Origin: Actinomycetota bacterium
GTDB lineage: Bacteria > Margulisbacteria > Marinamargulisbacteria > GCA-2716485 > GCA-002719695
Length of the DNA: 64,000 bases
Direction of reading: 5' to 3'
NCBI GenBank assembly: GCA_002697535.1
Contig: NZWE01000008.1
Coordinates: 5,796-69,795, forward strand
The position numbers and the translations under genes are program-made. Shown here one piece after another: positions 47,952 to 57,123 of the stretch (position 1 is the first letter of the stretch; each line of letters begins with the position of its first letter). A model generated the notes under the pieces. That model searched no databases and was not told the DNA's origin. It saw only the letters and a program-made list of their open reading frames with translations.

Positions 47952-48773
47952 TTATGGACTCGATAATGTTGCCGCTGTATTTAACGCTCTATTCATTAAA
48001 TGAGCTGTTTTAACACTGGCATCATATGCATTTTTTGCCATTAATATATCCCCAGTAATCCCCTTTAAGACATTATTTTGCTCTAAAGCTCCCTGAACAA
48101 CCGCATAATGCTCTGGGCCTTCTTCTACGGGAACATCTTTTGTCAAAATAAAATAAGATCCATTTAATGATTCAAAGGACTGCATTGCCGCAAATGTTTT
48201 GAATACTACAATTTTCATACTTGAAACAGGCTGTCCATCAACATAAATAAGCCCTGATCGTGATACTAATATATCTTCACCTTCCGGCAAAATTATTTCA
48301 CCTTCTTCTCCTAATACTGGATAATTACCTGATAATGTTACCAATCTTCTCTTTGAATCTAATAAAAAACGGCCATCTCTTGTAAATGCAATCGTACCTG
48401 GTAACTGCACCACAAAAAAACCTCTACTATTAGCATCAATATAAAAATCTAGCTCTTTATTGGTTTCAATCATCGGACCAGCTCTCCATCTAAAAAAAGG
48501 CAAATAATCTAAATCATAGCCGTCTTCTGTCTTTTTTCTAGAATTATAAACACCTGTCTCAATAAATCCTGGCGTTCCAACATTTATCGTATAAAACATA
48601 AAGTTTGTATAATGCACCTGAAACATTCTCATAGCTTCCAATGTTGTTGACACTCCTTCATCTTGCACCTCACCAAAATTGGTATATCCATATAATGATG
48701 ATGTAACACTTAAAATCATTAGTAATATACCCATCGTGACATTTCTATAAACATTAAGTTGTTTTTTTATCAT
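47952..48773 (-). CDS. flgF: flagellar proximal rod protein FlgF-like (with a hydrophobic N-terminal segment)
   Basis: INVGTPGFIE motif and a C-terminal GALEQNNVLKGITGDILMAKNAYDASVK. Positioned before flgG. Confidence 0.75.
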   Translation of the reverse strand: MIKKQLNVYRNVTMGILLMILSVTSSLYGYTNFGEVQDEGVSTTLEAMRMFQVHYTNFMFYTINVGTPGFIETGVYNSRKKTEDGYDLDYLPFFRWRAGPMIETNKELDFYIDANSRGFFVVQLPGTIAFTRDGRFLLDSKRRLVTLSGNYPVLGEEGEIILPEGEDILVSRSGLIYVDGQPVSSMKIVVFKTFAAMQSFESLNGSYFILTKDVPVEEGPEHYAVVQGALEQNNVLKGITGDILMAKNAYDASVKTAHLMNRALNTAATLSSP

Positions 48774-49135
48774 TTTCTCTTCTTTCTTTTTAATTTTTTC
48801 TTTTTTGCCAGTCTATCTAATCGATACACAAACGATAATACTTCTGCCACCATATTATATAAATTAGGCGGTATTTCAGAATTTATAGCTAACTTTGATA
48901 ACAACTCCACTAAAGAAGAATCTTCATAAAATGGAACCTTATTATCTTCGGCAACCTTAAGTATCTTTTCCGCAATTTGACCTTTTCCAAACCCTGTAAT
49001 TTTTGGTGCCTTACTATTTTTCGAATCATACTTTAAAGCAATAGCTTTTAAATTATGCTTATTTTTAACATCAAGTTGATGTATATTTCGTTTTAATTTT
49101 ATATTTTTTGGCTTATCACTTTTTTTTGCATTCAT
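48770..49135 (-). CDS. FlhB C-terminal-domain-like protein (EscU/YscU/HrcU family, stand-alone)
   Basis: KAIALKYDSKNSKAPKITGFGKGQIAEKILKVAEDNKVPFYEDSSLVELL...IPPNLYNMVAEVLSFVY. No NPTH motif. Has a K-rich tail. Confidence 0.75.
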   Translation of the reverse strand: MNAKKSDKPKNIKLKRNIHQLDVKNKHNLKAIALKYDSKNSKAPKITGFGKGQIAEKILKVAEDNKVPFYEDSSLVELLSKLAINSEIPPNLYNMVAEVLSFVYRLDRLAKKKKLKRKKRK

Positions 49136-49138
49136 AGT

Positions 49139-50326
49139 TTATACTTCCGTACTAATTCGTTTCATATTATTTAAATTAAATGTTGGTAATAATAACTTTT
49201 CGATATTGATGATCTTTTTTAATGATTGCACTTGAGTTACTTCATAATTTAATTCTTCCATAGATTTTTTTAGTTCAGGAACTTCATCTAAAACAAATTT
49301 TTGAGTCAATTCATTACTGCTATAAATCTTATATGCCATTTTTTTATCATTAATTTCAATAATGATCGTTAAGTCCCCTAAATCTGATGTTTCACACTTA
49401 ATCACAATTGTTGTGTTATTAGGATTTACTTTTCTCTTATTCTTAGGATCCTTACTTACCATAACCTCAATATCTTTCAATGCTTTTGCCATAGGATTTG
49501 GAATCATCCAATAATGAAAAAACTCCTCCGAAATTTGTTGATTTGAAGGACTTTTAGATAAAATTAATTGTGTCAATAAAACATCATGAAAGGCTGACGA
49601 ATCTTTTTCAACACTTTTAATTATTTTTTTTAAATTATCGGCTATTAAGTTATTAGATGATGATAACTTTTTATTAATCCCTTTTAAAAAATCTTGTAAA
49701 TATCTTAAATCTTGCACTAAGTCAGATTGCTTGTTGATCAACCCCTTAATATCTAAATTATCAGCATGCTTTTTCATGGTCTTTGTATCTTCTAAAAAGT
49801 CATCTAAAAACCCCGCAACCCCAGCGATCAATGACGGATCTAAAAATGCGCTAAAACCAGGCAATCCATTTTTTAATCCCTGCAACCCCTGAGACAATCT
49901 TGATAAACTTCCTGATAACTGAACATTATGCGATAAAAACTTTGAAATCAAATCCACAGCCTTAGCATTACCATCAAGTCCTTTTGAATAAGCAACGACA
50001 CTTGCCTCCAACTTGTTCCCCTTCTTACTCCCCTTAACCGCCTGCTCTATTAAATCAAAGGCTTCTGGAGATGCTTCGACTCCATACAATAACATAGTTG
50101 TTAAAATCTGCTTATTTTCAGGTGTAACCGCTTTTTGCAAATTTAATAAGGCCTGACTAATATCTTGTGAATTTAATATACGAACATACTCTGGTGTTTT
50201 TTGTAACGGCTGATCAGCACTCTTAATATTTGATTGATCACTATTTATATCCTGAATACTTTTAGGTAACGATTTTGAGTCGGTTGTCTGCTGAGGCTTA
50301 TTAACATCTCCACGTATATTTTGCAT
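49139..50326 (-). CDS. FliK-like hook-length control protein (tentative)
   Basis: Q/S/N-rich N-terminal part. The C-terminal segment CETSDLGDLTIIIEINDKKMAYKIYSSNELTQKFVLDEVPELKKSMEELNYEV fits the FliK C-domain pattern (L.P..LG.v.i.l......l.v.......v...l...l..L...L...G). Confidence 0.5.
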   Translation of the reverse strand: MQNIRGDVNKPQQTTDSKSLPKSIQDINSDQSNIKSADQPLQKTPEYVRILNSQDISQALLNLQKAVTPENKQILTTMLLYGVEASPEAFDLIEQAVKGSKKGNKLEASVVAYSKGLDGNAKAVDLISKFLSHNVQLSGSLSRLSQGLQGLKNGLPGFSAFLDPSLIAGVAGFLDDFLEDTKTMKKHADNLDIKGLINKQSDLVQDLRYLQDFLKGINKKLSSSNNLIADNLKKIIKSVEKDSSAFHDVLLTQLILSKSPSNQQISEEFFHYWMIPNPMAKALKDIEVMVSKDPKNKRKVNPNNTTIVIKCETSDLGDLTIIIEINDKKMAYKIYSSNELTQKFVLDEVPELKKSMEELNYEVTQVQSLKKIINIEKLLLPTFNLNNMKRISTEV

Positions 50327-50362
50327 CCAGCTCCCTTTTCTTAACTCAATAAAGCTTGCAAA

Positions 50363-50391
50363 ATTATATCAAAAAGTTTCTTAAATTTGAA
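50363..50391 (-). promoter_or_regulatory. candidate sigma-70-type promoter for the fliK-like operon
   Basis: On the minus strand: TTCAAA, a 17-nt spacer, then TATAAT. It lies about 35 nt upstream of the AAGGGAG RBS and the ATG at 50326. Confidence 0.3.
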
Positions 50392-50441
50392 TAGATAGCT
50401 CTTTTGAATTACTTTTTTAAAAGGTGGTAATTTTCATTAAA

Positions 50442-51293
50442 TTAAATAAAAACTTTGCTTTTTTTAAATATTTCCACTACCTTTTCTTGAATAATCAATG
50501 TTTGATCTTGAGACCGTAATGTTAATTCAAACCCACAGGATTCTACCAAAATAATGCCACGTAATGAATTTGTTAGAAACATTTCATCAAATTCTTCCAT
50601 CTCGGTTACCAATACCTCTCTTACATCACAATCATACCCAAACTCATTAGCATTCTTAATCACTAAATCCCTAACCGTGCCTTTTAAAATCACATTAGAA
50701 TCTGGCACAATTAATGTTTTTCCTTTGATAAAAATAATATTAGATCGCGATGTTTCAAGCAAAACTTGGTCTTCATCATATAACACCACATCATCAAAAT
50801 CGTTGCTTAATCGATTTTCTAGCATATTCTTCATCCAAGATAAGGATTTAAATTGATCTAATTGTATTTTTTGAAAGGATTGCTGCCTTAAATCTAATCG
50901 TAATCGCTGATCCAGTTTATATCCTGGCCATTTTCTTAATACACATAAAAAAAATGGCTGCGTAACAATACTTTTAGTAGGATCTTCTGTTCTATTACCT
51001 GGTGTTAAATAGATATTTAAAATACCTTCATCGCTATCATTTTTTTGAATTAATTCTTGAATTGTATTCGTAATCTCCTCATCTGAATAGTCTAAGGGAA
51101 TATCCAGTATAATAGCTCCCGATCGTATCCGATTAATATGCTCTTGCAATAAGATTGGACTTTTATTTTCTACACGTATTGTCTCAAACAATCCATATCC
51201 ATACAAAAATCCATAATCCATGAACGGAAACTCAAGATCTTGTTTTTGTTTAATTGCTAAATTTTCGGAAATATAATTAAAAATGCTGTCCAT
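50442..51293 (-). CDS. pabC: aminodeoxychorismate lyase / class IV aminotransferase
   Basis: Class IV fold motifs (FMDYGFLYGYGLFETIRV; ...LKGTVRD...; FLTNSLRGI). Immediately downstream of pabB. Confidence 0.7.
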   Translation of the reverse strand: MDSIFNYISENLAIKQKQDLEFPFMDYGFLYGYGLFETIRVENKSPILLQEHINRIRSGAIILDIPLDYSDEEITNTIQELIQKNDSDEGILNIYLTPGNRTEDPTKSIVTQPFFLCVLRKWPGYKLDQRLRLDLRQQSFQKIQLDQFKSLSWMKNMLENRLSNDFDDVVLYDEDQVLLETSRSNIIFIKGKTLIVPDSNVILKGTVRDLVIKNANEFGYDCDVREVLVTEMEEFDEMFLTNSLRGIILVESCGFELTLRSQDQTLIIQEKVVEIFKKSKVFI

Positions 51294-51320
51294 ATAATTA
51301 TAAGTGTAATCAATAACCCC

Positions 51321-52679
51321 TTACTTCGACAAGTACCGCCTTCCCTCTGACTGCATCAAACTTTCCAACATACCTTTCGCTTTTATCTTACATTCATGCC
51401 ACTCAACAGCTACATCTGAATCAGCAACAATCCCTCCCCCCGTATGAAAAAACAAAGTATTTTTCTTGGAATACAAGGTTCGTATGGCAATATTAAACGT
51501 CATATTTCCATTTCCAGATATATATCCTATACATCCCGTATATGGCCCTCTCTCACTTAATTCACATTCTTGAATAATTTCCATAGCTCTTTTCTTTGGT
51601 GCGCCTGTAATAGACCCACCTGGGAATAAGGCTTTCATAATCGTAGAAAAACTAACGTTTTCTTTCAAACACCCCTCTATTGTTGCTACCCCATGATGCA
51701 CATATTGATAGGATTCAATATCTCGTAACTGCTTTACTTTAACCGTATCTGTTTGACAAATTTTATTTAAATCATTTCTTTCTAAATCAACTATCATTAA
51801 CAACTCAGCTTTATCTTTAGCAGATTGACTCAATACTTTTTTTTGATACTGATCCTCTTCCTGATTATTGCCTCGCTTAATTGTTCCTTTTATAGGTTTT
51901 GTTACAATATCATCGCCTACCTTGGTAAAAAACAATTCTGGAGAAGAACTTAATACACTGTAATCGTCATAGTTTATATAGGCACTATAGGGAGCGGGTG
52001 AAACTTTTCTTAATGTTTGATAAACCATACTTAAATCTCCCTCAAATTCTACCGAATAAGGCATGGATAGATTTACTTGATATACATCTCCCTGCCTAAT
52101 ATAGGCTAATACTTGTTTAATTGCTTTTTTATATACATCATTATCTGGCTCGATGACAGCTGACTTGATCTCAAACTCTTTTTCTTCATACTGCAACGTA
52201 TCTAATATTGACTGAAATGTTACATGATCACGGCCATATAATTTACTAGATATAAAGTATGCCTGTTTAACTTGATGATCAATGATAATATAACGATCAT
52301 AAATCCCTCCCAATACTTCTGGATACCACCCTCTGTTTAACCACTTAAAATCATCTAAATATCTAGCGGATTCATATGTAAACATCCCAATAAAACCCGA
52401 TGAAAACCCTTGCTTATCACACGCTTCATCTTCAACAACATACGACTGAATAACATCATAAATATTCTTATGATCATGACATACTGTCTTTTCTTTTGAT
52501 TTTACTACAACCTGACTTTCGTCACTTAAAAAAATATACCTAGGATCTACCCCTATGACTGACTGCTCCAATTCTCCTTCTTGGACACTATTACAATCTA
52601 AAAAGGCTGTCTCTTTTTTTCTCAACAAAGCATTTAATAAGGCCTCTGTTACCGTTATTGGCTCTGATACAAACATCAC
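51321..52679 (-). CDS. pabB: aminodeoxychorismate synthase component I
   Basis: Chorismate-binding domain with SPELFF, PIKGT, DLERNDL, LFPGGSITGAPKKRAMEII and GGGIVADS. Confidence 0.85.
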   Translation of the reverse strand: MMFVSEPITVTEALLNALLRKKETAFLDCNSVQEGELEQSVIGVDPRYIFLSDESQVVVKSKEKTVCHDHKNIYDVIQSYVVEDEACDKQGFSSGFIGMFTYESARYLDDFKWLNRGWYPEVLGGIYDRYIIIDHQVKQAYFISSKLYGRDHVTFQSILDTLQYEEKEFEIKSAVIEPDNDVYKKAIKQVLAYIRQGDVYQVNLSMPYSVEFEGDLSMVYQTLRKVSPAPYSAYINYDDYSVLSSSPELFFTKVGDDIVTKPIKGTIKRGNNQEEDQYQKKVLSQSAKDKAELLMIVDLERNDLNKICQTDTVKVKQLRDIESYQYVHHGVATIEGCLKENVSFSTIMKALFPGGSITGAPKKRAMEIIQECELSERGPYTGCIGYISGNGNMTFNIAIRTLYSKKNTLFFHTGGGIVADSDVAVEWHECKIKAKGMLESLMQSEGRRYLSK

Positions 52680-52682
52680 TAA

Positions 52683-54476
52683 CTAGTCACTTGCTTTTAA
52701 TACGCTCAAAAAAGCCTCTTTTGGGATCTGAACACTACCAATTTGTTTCATTTTTTTCTTACCAGCTTTTTGCTTTTCTAATAATTTTCTCTTTCTTGAA
52801 ATATCGCCCCCATAACATTTTGCTGTTACATTTTTTCGCATCGCTTTAATTGTTTCTCGTGAAATCACTTTTGCACCGATTGATCCCTGTACCGCCACTT
52901 CAAACATTTGTCTGGGAATAATATCTTTTAATTTTATCGCTAAATTACGTGCTAAAGGACTTGCCTTTTTTCGATGCGCAATAAAGGATAAGGCATCGAC
53001 AATATCACCATTAATCAACATATCTACTTTTACCAAATCAGCTGGTTTATGATCCTTATACCAATAGTCCATACTGGCATATCCTTTGGTTCGTGACTTT
53101 AATTTATCAAAAAATTGCGTTATGAGTTCATTTAAAGGGATTTCAAATGTTAATACCTGTCTATTACTATCAATAATCTCTGAATTTTCAAACTCACCTC
53201 GTGACTCTTTAACCAACTCGATAATAACACTTATGTACTCATTAGGAGCAATGATCGATAATCCCATACAGGGTTCAAAAATAGTATCAATATGCGTTAC
53301 TTCAGGGTATTGATTTGGGTTCTCCATCTCAAATGCGTCACCATTGTTTAACGCAACCTTATAAGTCACATTTGGCGCGGTTACAACAATCTCGATATTA
53401 AATTCTCGCTGAATACGCTCTTGAATTATCTCCATATGCAACAACCCCAAAAATCCACACCGATACCCAAATCCTAAAGCTTGTGATGATTCAGTTTCAA
53501 AGGTCAACGAAGCATCATTTAACTGTAATTTTTCCAACGCTTCACCTAACATCTTATACTCATCGGTATCTACAGGATACAAGCCACAAAATACCATAGG
53601 CTTGGCAATCTGATACCCTTCCAAAGCTTCTTCAATCGGATTATCCTCTTCTGTTATCGTATCTCCAACACGAGCATCTTTGATCGATTTTAAGCCTGTA
53701 ATAATATAACCAACCCCTCCCCTATGAATGGATTCGGCTGGTGTCATATTAGGTTTAAAATAACCACACTCTAAAATATCTACTTTTTTCTTCGATGCCA
53801 TAAGCCGTATCTTTTGTCCTTTTTTAATTGAACCATCAAACACACGCACATAATTAATAACACCACGATAATCATCATAACTAGCATCATAAATTAAGGC
53901 TTTTAATTGATCACTTCCACTCTCTTTCGGTCTTGGAATTTTAGCAATCACAGCCTCTAAAATTTCTTCTATACCCTGCCCTGTTTTGGCACTACATAAC
54001 AAACATTCCTCTTTTGGAATCCCAAATGACTGCTCAATTTCAGCTAAAATACGATCCGGATCTGCTGCTGGCAAGTCAATTTTATTTACTACCGGAATTA
54101 TCTCTAAATCATGTTCTAGTGCTAAATAAAAATTAGCCATACTTTGAGCCTCAATTCCCTGCGCGGCATCAACAAGCAACAACGCCCCTTCGCAGGCAGC
54201 GAGAGATCGCGATACTTCATAACTAAAATCGACATGACCTGGCGTATCAATTAAATTTAAAACATAATCATTACCATCTTTAGCCTGGTAATCCATTCTT
54301 ACCGCTTGCATTTTAATGGTAATTCCACGCTCTCTTTCAATATCCATGGAATCTAATAATTGATCCCTCATATCACGATCTGCCACCGTCTTGGTAGCTT
54401 GAATAAGCCGATCTGATAAGGTGGATTTACCATGATCAATATGTGCAATAATACAAAAGTTTCGATTTTGTTTCAT
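52683..54476 (-). CDS. lepA: elongation factor 4
   Basis: NFCIIAHIDHGKSTL, DTPGHVDF, NKIDL and the LepA-specific C-terminal domain. 597 aa. Confidence 0.97.
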   Translation of the reverse strand: MKQNRNFCIIAHIDHGKSTLSDRLIQATKTVADRDMRDQLLDSMDIERERGITIKMQAVRMDYQAKDGNDYVLNLIDTPGHVDFSYEVSRSLAACEGALLLVDAAQGIEAQSMANFYLALEHDLEIIPVVNKIDLPAADPDRILAEIEQSFGIPKEECLLCSAKTGQGIEEILEAVIAKIPRPKESGSDQLKALIYDASYDDYRGVINYVRVFDGSIKKGQKIRLMASKKKVDILECGYFKPNMTPAESIHRGGVGYIITGLKSIKDARVGDTITEEDNPIEEALEGYQIAKPMVFCGLYPVDTDEYKMLGEALEKLQLNDASLTFETESSQALGFGYRCGFLGLLHMEIIQERIQREFNIEIVVTAPNVTYKVALNNGDAFEMENPNQYPEVTHIDTIFEPCMGLSIIAPNEYISVIIELVKESRGEFENSEIIDSNRQVLTFEIPLNELITQFFDKLKSRTKGYASMDYWYKDHKPADLVKVDMLINGDIVDALSFIAHRKKASPLARNLAIKLKDIIPRQMFEVAVQGSIGAKVISRETIKAMRKNVTAKCYGGDISRKRKLLEKQKAGKKKMKQIGSVQIPKEAFLSVLKASD

Positions 54477-54716
54477 TCTGCCTGATAGGATAGCATATTT
54501 GCACTATCTCATCATAGATCTTACTAGAACTAGTATTCTATTTTGATATAGCTTACTCTTAATCAACTTCCATTTATCAATACTTTTCATGCATATGGAT
54601 AAGTACCAATCGATCGGTAAAAACAACTTATTTTGTGACTTAATTTTTGTCTTGATTTTTTAATAATATATAAATTGCAAGTTTATAGTTAAAACGGTAT
54701 TATTTTTGGAAATCTT

Positions 54717-55712
54717 ATGAGCCATTCATTATTACCTATCTTAACTCAATTACAATCGTTATCATCGTTACGTATTCTTGTGGTAGGCGATATTATGCTT
54801 GATGAATTTCATTGGTGCCATGTGAATCGAATCTCTCCAGAAGCGCCTGTCCCTGTTTGTAATATCCAAAATACAACACTTGCTCCTGGAGGTGCCGCTA
54901 ATGTAGCTGCGAATTTAGCCTCGTTAAATGTCGCTGTTGATTTAGTTGGCTTCTTGGGATCTGATAGCTCCGGTGATAAGCTTATCAAAACGCTTCATGA
55001 TCATCATATTAATACTGATAATCTCATCAAAACTAATCAACCCACGATCTTAAAATCGAGAGTTATTGCTCATCAACAACATGTTGCACGTATTGATCGT
55101 GATCCCCCTAGTCATTACTCAGATCATGATTCTCAAAGTTTACTCAAACAGATTCAACATTCTATCAAAGACTATGATGCAGTTATTATTTCGGATTATT
55201 TAAAAGGCTTATTAACGCCAGCTATAACACAAGCGATTATTCAATCTGCTAAAGAAGCAGGATGCCTTGTTGTTGTTGATCCAAAAGGTGATTCTTATGA
55301 TAAATATCAAAATAGTGACTACCTTACCCCTAATTATAAAGAATTTTGCCTTGCTACTAAATCATCCTACACCAATGATGATCAGATTAAAGCTGCAGCG
55401 CAGTCTCTTCGTGACCAACTTAAGCTGGATACTTTAATTATTACTCGTAGTGAAAAAGGAATGAGTATTGTTACATCCGATTCATTTGATACAATTCCTA
55501 CTCAAGCTCAAGAAGTTTTCGATATTACGGGTGCTGGGGATACAGCGATTGCTTGCTTGGCCATAGGTTTATGCTTAAATCTTTCGGCACACAATGCAGC
55601 AACATTAGCCAACTATGCAGCTGGGATTGTTGTTAGTAAAGTTGGAACGGCCTTTGTAACCCCTGATGAGCTATGCTCGGTTATTAATCATGACTCAGCT
55701 ACAAAATCCTAA
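54717..55712 (+). CDS. hldA: D-beta-D-heptose 7-phosphate kinase (RfaE domain I, stand-alone)
   Basis: pfkB/ribokinase fold with GGAANVA and DITGAGDT. Followed by the adenylyltransferase gene. Confidence 0.85.
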   Translation: MSHSLLPILTQLQSLSSLRILVVGDIMLDEFHWCHVNRISPEAPVPVCNIQNTTLAPGGAANVAANLASLNVAVDLVGFLGSDSSGDKLIKTLHDHHINTDNLIKTNQPTILKSRVIAHQQHVARIDRDPPSHYSDHDSQSLLKQIQHSIKDYDAVIISDYLKGLLTPAITQAIIQSAKEAGCLVVVDPKGDSYDKYQNSDYLTPNYKEFCLATKSSYTNDDQIKAAAQSLRDQLKLDTLIITRSEKGMSIVTSDSFDTIPTQAQEVFDITGAGDTAIACLAIGLCLNLSAHNAATLANYAAGIVVSKVGTAFVTPDELCSVINHDSATKS

Positions 55713-56175
55713 ATTAATTAGCTCTAATAAGAGTTTAGATCAGGCTAACTCTATCCGTGCTAACAACAAGTCTATTGTCTTTACTAATGGCTGTTTTGAT
55801 GTTTTACATGCAGGGCATGCTTATTATTTAGCAGCAGCTAAAGCACATGGAGATTATCTATGGATTGGTCTTAATTCAGATTCCTCGGTATCTACGCTAA
55901 AAGGTTCTTCACGCCCTATCCATGATCAAGAAGCAAGAGCCTTTCTTTTATCTAACCTAGAATGTGTTGATTATATTACCATCTTTGATGAAGAAACCCC
56001 GATTTCATTACTGAGTCAAATTCAGCCTAATATTCATATTAAGGGAGGCGATTATACTAAAGAAGAGCTTCCTGAATACCCTGTTGTTAAAGAGTATGGG
56101 GGAGACGTCATTATCAAACCATTTTTACCAGGCTATTCAACAACAGCTATTTTAGCTAAACTACAATCCTCATGA
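55690..56175 (+). CDS. hldC: D-beta-D-heptose 1-phosphate adenylyltransferase (RfaE domain II, stand-alone)
   Basis: Cytidylyltransferase motif VFTNGCFDVLHAGH. The start could be the ATG at 55690 or at 55666, and both overlap hldA. Confidence 0.85.
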   Translation: MTQLQNPKLISSNKSLDQANSIRANNKSIVFTNGCFDVLHAGHAYYLAAAKAHGDYLWIGLNSDSSVSTLKGSSRPIHDQEARAFLLSNLECVDYITIFDEETPISLLSQIQPNIHIKGGDYTKEELPEYPVVKEYGGDVIIKPFLPGYSTTAILAKLQSS

Positions 56176-56870
56176 GTATTCAGATTATTACGAAACGAGT
56201 TAGTCACTTTGAGCAAAATGCTCGTCTTATCATTGATACAAACACAAACCAGTCGATGCTAGTTGATCCAGGGGCTGATGCAGAGATATTATTTAATCTT
56301 CTTGGTGATTCAACGCTTACAACAATTTTTTTAACTCATTGCCACATTGACCATGCAGGAGGTGTACAAGCGTTACTTTCTTTAATTGAGCATCATAAGC
56401 TTCCAAAACCAACGTTGTTATATCATTCCAATGAAATTATTATTGGAGAACATATTGACGTATTTGCAACTCAATATGGCTTTTCAGCTGCTGATTATCA
56501 AAACCCTCCTAAACCTGATCAATTAGCCGATGATCTTACAGAACTTACGTTAGGTTCATCAACGTTTAAGATTTTATTTACACCAGGACATGCCCCTGGA
56601 CATTTAGCCCTTTATTATGATCAGGATGATTTTAGTTTATCGGGAGATTATCCAGAAACATTACACTGTAATCGTTTATTAATTGCGGGTGACACCCTTT
56701 TTCAAGGATCAATTGGCCGAACTGATTTACCGATGGCTAATCATGATCAATTAATTGATAGTATTAAAACACAATTATTAACACTGCCTGAAACAACGTT
56801 GGTGTGTCCAGGACATGGTGCTAACACTACGATTGCAACAGAATCTCAGACCAATCCTTTTTTACATTAA
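56172..56870 (+). CDS. MBL-fold metallo-hydrolase (glyoxalase II-like)
   Basis: THCHIDHAGG, TPGHAPGH, GDTLF and PGHG motifs. Confidence 0.85.
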   Translation: MSIQIITKRVSHFEQNARLIIDTNTNQSMLVDPGADAEILFNLLGDSTLTTIFLTHCHIDHAGGVQALLSLIEHHKLPKPTLLYHSNEIIIGEHIDVFATQYGFSAADYQNPPKPDQLADDLTELTLGSSTFKILFTPGHAPGHLALYYDQDDFSLSGDYPETLHCNRLLIAGDTLFQGSIGRTDLPMANHDQLIDSIKTQLLTLPETTLVCPGHGANTTIATESQTNPFLH

Positions 56871-56953
56871 TTCCCTATAACAATAATCATCACAATTTAG
56901 CGTAGATTATCATAACGAAATATTTTTAAGCATAACTTAAAGATCTTAAATCA

Positions 56954-57123
56954 TCACTTTTTGTGTTTAGATCTTAATCTTATTCATCAACTTATCTTTC
57001 TTTGTAAAAGATATTTTTGTCTGCTTATTTTTAAAATCCTCTAGATTATTTATTTAAAAACATACATAATGACACTTTATTTATTAAAAATTTATATAAA
57101 AAAATAATAAACATCCATTCAAT
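56954..57123 (+). repeat. upstream-region repeat, copy 1 (5' region of giant ORF 1)
   Basis: Aligns by eye over about 170 nt with 60754-60926. Blocks such as tcacttttt, atcatcaact, ctagattatttatt, catacataat and ttatttattaaaaatttata are shared. Confidence 0.8.
57042..57070 (+). promoter_or_regulatory. candidate promoter conserved in both repeat copies
   Basis: TAGATT, a 17-nt spacer, then CATAAT. The same hexamers and the same spacing recur at 60844-60872. Confidence 0.35.

Noticed and set aside
42221-50441. Searched the flagellar intergenic regions (42221-42309, 50327-50441) and the giant-ORF upstream repeats for a sigma-28 promoter (TAAA-N15-GCCGATAA)
   Set aside because: No convincing GCCGATAA-like -10 element was seen. 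Only sigma-70-like hexamers were found, and those are reported with low confidence.
54717-56175. Separate hldA/hldC genes read as a frameshifted, pseudogenised bifunctional hldE
   Set aside because: Both parts are full-length domains with their own start codons and a short overlap. Split kinase and adenylyltransferase genes are a known natural arrangement.
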